From NCBI GenBank assembly GCA_030429665.1, contig JAUIEZ010000005.1:8534-72533 (forward strand): DNA of 64,000 nucleotides, given 5' to 3'. This document shows, piece by piece, positions 58,348 to 64,000 of this stretch; position 1 is the first letter of the stretch; each line of letters begins with the position of its first letter. The notes below the pieces were generated by a model. That model was not told the origin of the DNA. It searched no databases and saw nothing but the letters and a program-made list of their open reading frames with translations. The stretch is from Gammaproteobacteria bacterium. Lineage in GTDB: Bacteria > Pseudomonadota > Gammaproteobacteria > Arenicellales > CAJQKF01. A program made the position numbers and the translations under genes.

Positions 58348-59125
58348 AACGCCGCGGGCGAAGAAACGCTTCGGACAGCACTTTCTCACCGATCCGGCGG
58401 TCATCGGCGCCATCGCGCGCCGCTTCGGCGCGCCGCCGGGTGCGCGCGTGCTCGAGATCGGTCCGGGCACCGGCGCTATCACCGGCGCACTGCTCGACAC
58501 CGGCGTCAACCTCGTCGCGGTGGAAATCGACCGCGACATGCACGCGCGCCTCCAGGAACGCTTCGGCGATCGACCGGGCTTTTCGCTGGTGCGGGGCGAC
58601 GTTCTCGATCTCGACGTCGGCGCCGTCGCCGCCGGCGAACGCCTGTACGTGACCGGCAACCTCCCCTACAACATCACGTCGCCGATCGTCTTTCACCTGC
58701 TTGACGCGATCGGCGACATCGAGAACATGTACTTCATGATGCAAAAGGAAGTGGCGGAACGATTCGCCGCCGCTCCCGGCGGCCGCGACTACGGCCGGCC
58801 GTCGGTGATGGTGCAGCGTCTTTGCGACGTGGAGATGGACATCATCATTCCTCCGACGGCGTTCGAGCCGCCGCCGCGCGTCATGTCCGCCATGCTAAGA
58901 TTGCGCCCGCGCGCCATGCCGCTCGGCGGCGCGGTGGACACGAAGTTGTTCGATCGCGTGGTGGCCGCCGCCTTCGCGCAGCGCCGCAAGACGCTTCGCA
59001 ACGCGCTCAAGCAACTGGCCACGCCAGAGCGCCTCGAACAGGCCGGCATCGATCCGAGCGCCCGCGCGGAGACCGTTCCGGTGGACGGTTACGCGCGGCT
59101 GGCGCGTGAGTTGTCGGCGAGTTAG
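58340..59125 (+). CDS. rsmA: 16S rRNA m6,2A1518/1519 dimethyltransferase
   Basis: KKRFGQHFL, EIGPGTG, GNLPYNITSP, MQKEVAER, QRRKTLRN. Confidence 0.96.
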   Translation: MNETPRAKKRFGQHFLTDPAVIGAIARRFGAPPGARVLEIGPGTGAITGALLDTGVNLVAVEIDRDMHARLQERFGDRPGFSLVRGDVLDLDVGAVAAGERLYVTGNLPYNITSPIVFHLLDAIGDIENMYFMMQKEVAERFAAAPGGRDYGRPSVMVQRLCDVEMDIIIPPTAFEPPPRVMSAMLRLRPRAMPLGGAVDTKLFDRVVAAAFAQRRKTLRNALKQLATPERLEQAGIDPSARAETVPVDGYARLARELSAS

Positions 59126-59145
59126 CGTATTCCAAGCAGGAAACA

Positions 59146-61410
59146 TTGTTGTCCCGTCTAGTCGAACTCAATTCGCTGAAAGCGAACCGGCACGGGGTGC
59201 TCAGTCACCCGGACAGCGCGGAGCGTGATTTCGCCTATTCCGACGGCGACGACGCCGAGCGTTACCTCCACGACGTGCTCAGCCTGACGGACGACCTCGG
59301 CAGCGCGTCCGAGTCGTTGCAACTCAAGATCCGCGACTGGCCCTCCGAATACCACCTCAGTCCCAAGCGAGCCAACCTGTTGCGCGCGCTGCCGCTGAAG
59401 GCGCGGTCCAGGGTCCTCGAACTGGGCTGCGGGTGCGGCGCCGTCAGCCGATACCTGGGCGAAATCGATTGCGTGGTGGATGCCGTCGAAGGCAGCGAGG
59501 TGCGCGCGGCGCTGGCGCGCCTACGGTGCCGCGACCTGCCGAACGTCAACGTGGTGCAGGCGAACTTCAACAAGCTCAAGCTTCCCCCCGGCGAGTACGA
59601 CGAGGTGCTCCTGGTCGGCGTCACCGAGTACGCGCGGCGATTCTCGCCGGGAAGCGACTCCGATCGGGGCGCGGTGCTCGACCTGTTGCGCCGCGTTCGC
59701 CCGGCGCTCAAACCGGGCGGCCGCGTCCTCGTCGCCATCGAAAACCGTACCGGCATGAAATACCTGCACGGGGCACACGAGGACCACTACTCGCTTCGCT
59801 TCATCGGTATCGACGACTACTCGCAACCGGCCGGCATCCGCACCTACACCCGTCGCGAGTGGCGCGCCATGGCGGCCGAGGCCGGCTTCGCCGACCACGC
59901 TTTCCTGTTCCCGTTTCCCGACTACAAGATTCCCACGGTCATTCTCGGCGAGGGCTATTGCGAACGCGACGAAAGCGCCTGGTGTCACTTGGAAGGCATC
60001 GACTCCACCGACTACACCTTTCTGTTCGATCCCTTTATTCCCGAGACACTTACCTGGCAGGGCTACAACGCCGCCGGCGTGCTGGGCGACATGGCCAACT
60101 CGTTCCTGCTGGTGATGACCAACGACGGCGACTTGTCAGGCTTCGAAGACATCGACTTCGTGCACCTGCCCGACTTCCGGCGCCGGCGACGCTACTGCAC
60201 CGTGATCAGCAAGCACCGCGACGAGTCGCGCGTCTACCGGCATCCGTTCGAAGGTTATCCGGGCGGCGGCACCCACGACCGGGCGAGCAGCGAACCGTAC
60301 CTGCCGGGCGTCCTGCTTTCGTCGATCATGGTTCGCAGCATCACGATCCAACCGGACCCGGAGCATTTTCACCAGCACCTGCGGGACTACGTCGCGTTTC
60401 TCGAAAAGCAACAAGCGGCAGGTCCCTTGCCGCCCGACCTGCTGCCCAACAACATCGTCGTGGACGATGCCGGTTCGTGGCACGTGTTCGACCAGGAATG
60501 GGACGCCGCCCAAGGCACTGACGTCGACTACCTGCTGTTTCGCGCCCTTGTCACGTTCGCCAATCACTATCGCGGCGCGCTTCGGCAGTTCGCTCGCCGT
60601 TTCGAGCTCTACGATGTCAATGCGTTCGTACTGCACTGCTTTCGAAAACTCCAGCGCGGCGACTACCTGCCCTCGGATTTCTGCGAGCGCGAGGACGCGT
60701 TCCAGGATCGCGTGCAGCTCGCGCGCGAGTCCGATACGGCGGCGTTGCTGGCCACGCCGATCTGCGACAGCGCCGTCAACGCGTTGTTGTACCCCGCCCT
60801 GTTCTGGTCGACCGGAGAGGGCTTCGACAAGGAACGCGTCGTCGCGCTCGAACTGTCGCCGCGCGACGGTTCGGTCGCATTGCACTTCGACCTGCCCGCC
60901 GGCGTGCGCGCCATTGAATCGCTGCGCTTCGAACCGTGCGGCTACCACCGACCCTGGAACGCCGGCTTTTTCAGGGTCGAATCGATCCATGTCGTCGCCG
61001 TACGGGGCGAGACGCGCTCCGTGTTGTGGTCGCTGGACGGCGAGAACGTGGTCCTGAAGAAAGCCGAACTGTCCCAGGTCAACCTGGTACAGGTCGGCAA
61101 CGAGCGGTTGCTGGCCGTCAGCGGCGACGATCCGGCGATGGTTTTCTCGCCGGCGGTCGCCGTCGACGCCGACAACGAACTCGCGCTGCGCGTTGAGATC
61201 ACGATCGAGTACGTCGCGAGCCGCGAATACGCCCTCGCTCGCCAGGACTTCCTCGTCAAGGAGGCGGCGATGAAGCAGCAGGTGGATCAGTTGCGGCAGC
61301 GGCTCGAGCACGTTCGCCGTGCCGCCGCGGATGCCCAGGAGGAACTGCGGCGCATCAAGTCCTCGCGCGGATGGAAGCTCCTTAAGGCGGTCAGGAAGAA
61401 CCTGCCCTGA
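59146..61410 (+). CDS. Class I SAM methyltransferase with kinase-like, beta-rich and coiled-coil regions (glycan-capping WbdD-like architecture)
   Basis: VLELGCGCGAV, IENRTG, FPFPDYKIP; DLLPNNIV...FDQEW; C-terminal heptads and SSRGWKLLKAVR. Confidence 0.7.
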   Translation: MLSRLVELNSLKANRHGVLSHPDSAERDFAYSDGDDAERYLHDVLSLTDDLGSASESLQLKIRDWPSEYHLSPKRANLLRALPLKARSRVLELGCGCGAVSRYLGEIDCVVDAVEGSEVRAALARLRCRDLPNVNVVQANFNKLKLPPGEYDEVLLVGVTEYARRFSPGSDSDRGAVLDLLRRVRPALKPGGRVLVAIENRTGMKYLHGAHEDHYSLRFIGIDDYSQPAGIRTYTRREWRAMAAEAGFADHAFLFPFPDYKIPTVILGEGYCERDESAWCHLEGIDSTDYTFLFDPFIPETLTWQGYNAAGVLGDMANSFLLVMTNDGDLSGFEDIDFVHLPDFRRRRRYCTVISKHRDESRVYRHPFEGYPGGGTHDRASSEPYLPGVLLSSIMVRSITIQPDPEHFHQHLRDYVAFLEKQQAAGPLPPDLLPNNIVVDDAGSWHVFDQEWDAAQGTDVDYLLFRALVTFANHYRGALRQFARRFELYDVNAFVLHCFRKLQRGDYLPSDFCEREDAFQDRVQLARESDTAALLATPICDSAVNALLYPALFWSTGEGFDKERVVALELSPRDGSVALHFDLPAGVRAIESLRFEPCGYHRPWNAGFFRVESIHVVAVRGETRSVLWSLDGENVVLKKAELSQVNLVQVGNERLLAVSGDDPAMVFSPAVAVDADNELALRVEITIEYVASREYALARQDFLVKEAAMKQQVDQLRQRLEHVRRAAADAQEELRRIKSSRGWKLLKAVRKNLP

Positions 61411-61432
61411 ATCGCGCGGTGCCGGGCGGGGC

Positions 61433-62155
61433 TCACGCCCGCGACGGCAATTTCTCGATCTCGCGCATGGTGTCGGCGATCCACTCGTGCGCGGCGTCGT
61501 TGACCTCCCGGATCTTGCGGCCCTTCGTCTCGATCGCCGGCCCGACCCGCACCTCGATCACGCCCGGGCGCTTCTGGAACTCGCGTCGCCGCCAGTAGGT
61601 ACCAGCGTTGTGCGCCACCGGCACCACCGGCACCCCCGCTTCGACCGCCAGCATGGCGCCGCCGGGGTTGAACTTGCCCATCGAACCGGGCGCGGTGCGC
61701 GTTCCCTCGGGAAATATCACCACGTAGCGCCCCTCGCGAAGAATCTCCCGACCCTGGCGAATCAGCTGGTCCAGGGCCTTGCGCGCCTGGGCACGATCGA
61801 TGGCGATGGGGCCGGTCGCGGCCAGCGCCCAGCCGAACAGCGGGATGCGAAACAACTCGCGCTTGAGCACCCAGGCCTGGGGTGGAAACACGGTCTGGCA
61901 GGCGATGGTCTCCCATGCCGACTGGTGCTTGACCAGCAACACGCACGGTGTGCTCGGCAGGTGCTCCATACCGCTGACCCGGTGGGACAGGCCGCAAGTC
62001 ATTTTCAGCCACCAGATGACGAAATGCGCCCACACCCCCACCACGCGACTACGCGTCGTCGGCGGCAGCGGCCATGCCAGCAATACCACCGGCCAGTAGA
62101 CCACCACGGCCGCGCACATACCGGCGAAGAACGCCGCCGAACGCAGCCAGATCAC
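61433..62155 (-). CDS. plsC: 1-acyl-sn-glycerol-3-phosphate acyltransferase
   Basis: KHQSAWET, LKRELFRIPLFGW, IFPEGTR, PVAHNAG; GTG 62155 overlaps the gmhB stop. Confidence 0.93.
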   Translation of the reverse strand: MIWLRSAAFFAGMCAAVVVYWPVVLLAWPLPPTTRSRVVGVWAHFVIWWLKMTCGLSHRVSGMEHLPSTPCVLLVKHQSAWETIACQTVFPPQAWVLKRELFRIPLFGWALAATGPIAIDRAQARKALDQLIRQGREILREGRYVVIFPEGTRTAPGSMGKFNPGGAMLAVEAGVPVVPVAHNAGTYWRRREFQKRPGVIEVRVGPAIETKGRKIREVNDAAHEWIADTMREIEKLPSRA

Positions 62156-62763
62156 GACGCGGACGCGGGACCGTCGGCCGCCAGCGCCGCGATGTCGGCG
62201 TCGAGCCCGCCTTCCAGCAGTTCGTCGACGAAGGCCGCCAGATCCTTGTAAACGGGTACGTGAGGCACCCGTTGCAACAACGGTTCGTGCGCCATCTCCT
62301 TCAGCGTCCGACGACCCTTGCCGGTCTTGACCAGTACCGGCAGCGCCCCGACCTGGGCCGCCGCCACGAGATCGCGCAGCGAGTCTCCCACCGCGGGCAC
62401 GCCGTGCAGGTCGCGACCACTGCGCCGCGCCAGTTCCTCGAACAGGCCCGGCGCCGGCTTGCGGCAATGGCAGCCGTCATCCGGACCGTGGGGACAGAAG
62501 AAAATGCCTTCGATCTTGCCGCCCTTCTCACCCAGCAGGTTGAACATCTTGCTATGAATGTTGGTGAGTGTCTCCATGTCGTAGTAGCCCCGAGCCAGGG
62601 CCGACTGGTTGGTGATCACCACCACCTTGTACTCGGCCCGGGACAACCGCGCGATGGCCTCGAGACTGCCCGGGATCGGCTGCCACTCGTCCGGCGAGCG
62701 AATGAATCGTTCCGAGTCCTGGTTGATGACACCGTCGCGATCGAGGATCACCAGCTTGTTCAT
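62152..62763 (-). CDS. gmhB: D-glycero-beta-D-manno-heptose 1,7-bisphosphate 7-phosphatase
   Basis: LDRDGVIN, TNQS, CPHGPDDGCHCRKP, VGDSLRD. Confidence 0.95.
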   Translation of the reverse strand: MNKLVILDRDGVINQDSERFIRSPDEWQPIPGSLEAIARLSRAEYKVVVITNQSALARGYYDMETLTNIHSKMFNLLGEKGGKIEGIFFCPHGPDDGCHCRKPAPGLFEELARRSGRDLHGVPAVGDSLRDLVAAAQVGALPVLVKTGKGRRTLKEMAHEPLLQRVPHVPVYKDLAAFVDELLEGGLDADIAALAADGPASAS

Positions 62764-63092
62764 TCGTCGAACTCCGATACGCGGATACGTCCGTCGATGG
62801 TGCGCGCCGAGCGGCCGTCGAGCACCGCCATCTTGTCCCAGAACGCCTTCTCCAGGTCGAAACCGGCGGCGATGGCAGTGCCGATGAGCAGGATCATCAG
62901 GTCGGCGCATTCCTCGGCCAGCGCCTCGCGCGACTTGCCCTTGGTCACGGCCGCCGAAATCTCGCCCAACTCCTCCGCCATCAACGCCACGCGGTAGGGC
63001 AGATCCTCGCCGCCGCGCTCGCGGAAGCGGTGCTTGTCGTGGAACGCCTGCACCGCGGCGAGCATGTCGCCGTATCGTTCGCCGGCGCTCAC
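62760..63092 (-). CDS. MazG-like nucleotide pyrophosphohydrolase
   Basis: LMAEELGEI...LAEECADL (ExxE...ExxD) all-alpha NTP-PPase motif; coupled to both glyS and gmhB. Confidence 0.8.
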   Translation of the reverse strand: MSAGERYGDMLAAVQAFHDKHRFRERGGEDLPYRVALMAEELGEISAAVTKGKSREALAEECADLMILLIGTAIAAGFDLEKAFWDKMAVLDGRSARTIDGRIRVSEFDE

Positions 63093-64000
63093 GAGGCCCC
63101 CTCGCGCGGTTGCAGCCGCGACAGGTCGGCGATACCCAGGAACAGGCCGGACAACTGGCCGAGCAGGGCCAGGCGGTTGTTGCGCAGCGACTCGTCCTCG
63201 TCCATTACCATCACCTCGTCAAAGAATCGGTCCACGCTTTCGCGAAACCCGGCAAGTATCTCGAGCGCCTGGTCGTAATCGGCGCGCTTGACCAGCGACG
63301 ACACCTGGGAGCTGACGCGCACCAGTTGCTCCGCGAGCGCCTGCTCGGCCGGCTCCACCAGTCGATCGAAGTCCATGGCGTGATTGCCGGCACCGTCGGC
63401 CTTGCGAAGTATGTTGCCGATGCGCTTGTTGGCGGCGGCCAGGCTTTCCGCCGCGGGCAGCGAACGGAACGCCGCCACCGCTCGCAGACGCTGATCGACA
63501 TCCAGCGGCCGCGTGGCGCGCACCGCGGCCACCGCCGCGATCTCGTCGGCCGAGAAACCGTCGGCGGCGAAATGGGCCGGATAGCGGTCGGTGACGAAGT
63601 CCACGGCTCGCTTGCACGCGGACTCACCCACGGTCACGCCGCCGGCCTCGTAGCGTTTCGCCGCCGCCTCGACCAGCACCGCCACGTCGAGATCCAGTCG
63701 GCCCTCCACGAGAATGCGAATCAGACCCAGCGCGGCGCGGCGCAAGGCATAGGGATCCTTGTCGCCGGTCGGCTCCTCGCCGGCGGCAAAAATGCCGGTC
63801 AACGTATCGACCTTGTCGGCGATTGCCACCAGCCTGCCGACGGTATCGGCAGGTATTTCGTCGCCGGCATGGCGCGGCCGGTAGTGTTCCTCGATCGCCC
63901 GCGCCACCGCCTCGTCCTCGCCGTCGTGGGCCGCGTAGTAGCGACCCATGATGCCCTGCAACTCGGGAAACTCGCCCACCATGGCGGTAACGAGATCGGC
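63089..64000 (-). CDS. glyS: Glycine--tRNA ligase beta subunit (3' part)
   Basis: MVGEFPELQGIMGRYYA, ADKVDTL, PTGDKDPYALRRAA, FFDEVMVM, NRLALL; continues beyond the window. Confidence 0.96.
   Translation of the reverse strand, partial: ADLVTAMVGEFPELQGIMGRYYAAHDGEDEAVARAIEEHYRPRHAGDEIPADTVGRLVAIADKVDTLTGIFAAGEEPTGDKDPYALRRAALGLIRILVEGRLDLDVAVLVEAAAKRYEAGGVTVGESACKRAVDFVTDRYPAHFAADGFSADEIAAVAAVRATRPLDVDQRLRAVAAFRSLPAAESLAAANKRIGNILRKADGAGNHAMDFDRLVEPAEQALAEQLVRVSSQVSSLVKRADYDQALEILAGFRESVDRFFDEVMVMDEDESLRNNRLALLGQLSGLFLGIADLSRLQPREGAS

Overview
High-GC proteobacterial chromosome segment, probably Gammaproteobacteria (glyS-gmhB-plsC and pdxA-rsmA synteny, phbB). It is densely packed with metabolic genes, and I saw no rRNA, tRNA, CRISPR, IS or phage genes. 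(1) 1-10357: an IclR-controlled catabolic operon of unknown substrate (TTT transporter, TPP enzyme with an IolD-like GHGN motif, aldehyde dehydrogenase, two extended SDRs, cupin, EamA). (2) 10325-24906: purine module I (xdhABC-uraD-uraH-guaD, a purine/nucleoside ABC transporter, 8-oxoguanine deaminase, RutR) with two clear RutR boxes. An ankyrin gene ending in a CaaX-like CTIC lies between the boxes, and the ABC ATPase probably starts at ATT. (3) 26602-37551: a GntR-controlled sugar ABC and OtnK/OtnC-type acid-sugar pathway with non-standard upstream enzymes. (4) 39713-47513: a visibly more AT-rich block (TTT, enolase-superfamily enzyme, TauD-family dioxygenase, quinone oxidoreductase, FAH, GntR). 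(5) 49051-53369: purine module II (GntR, puuD, puuE, alc, allA). (6) 53366-64000: an orphan GspC-like gene, phbB with PhaR-like boxes, a CDGSH protein, pdxA, rsmA, an orphan WbdD-like methyltransferase/kinase/coiled-coil protein, plsC, gmhB, a MazG-like gene and the 3' part of glyS. All calls come from motif recognition by eye; no database searches were run.
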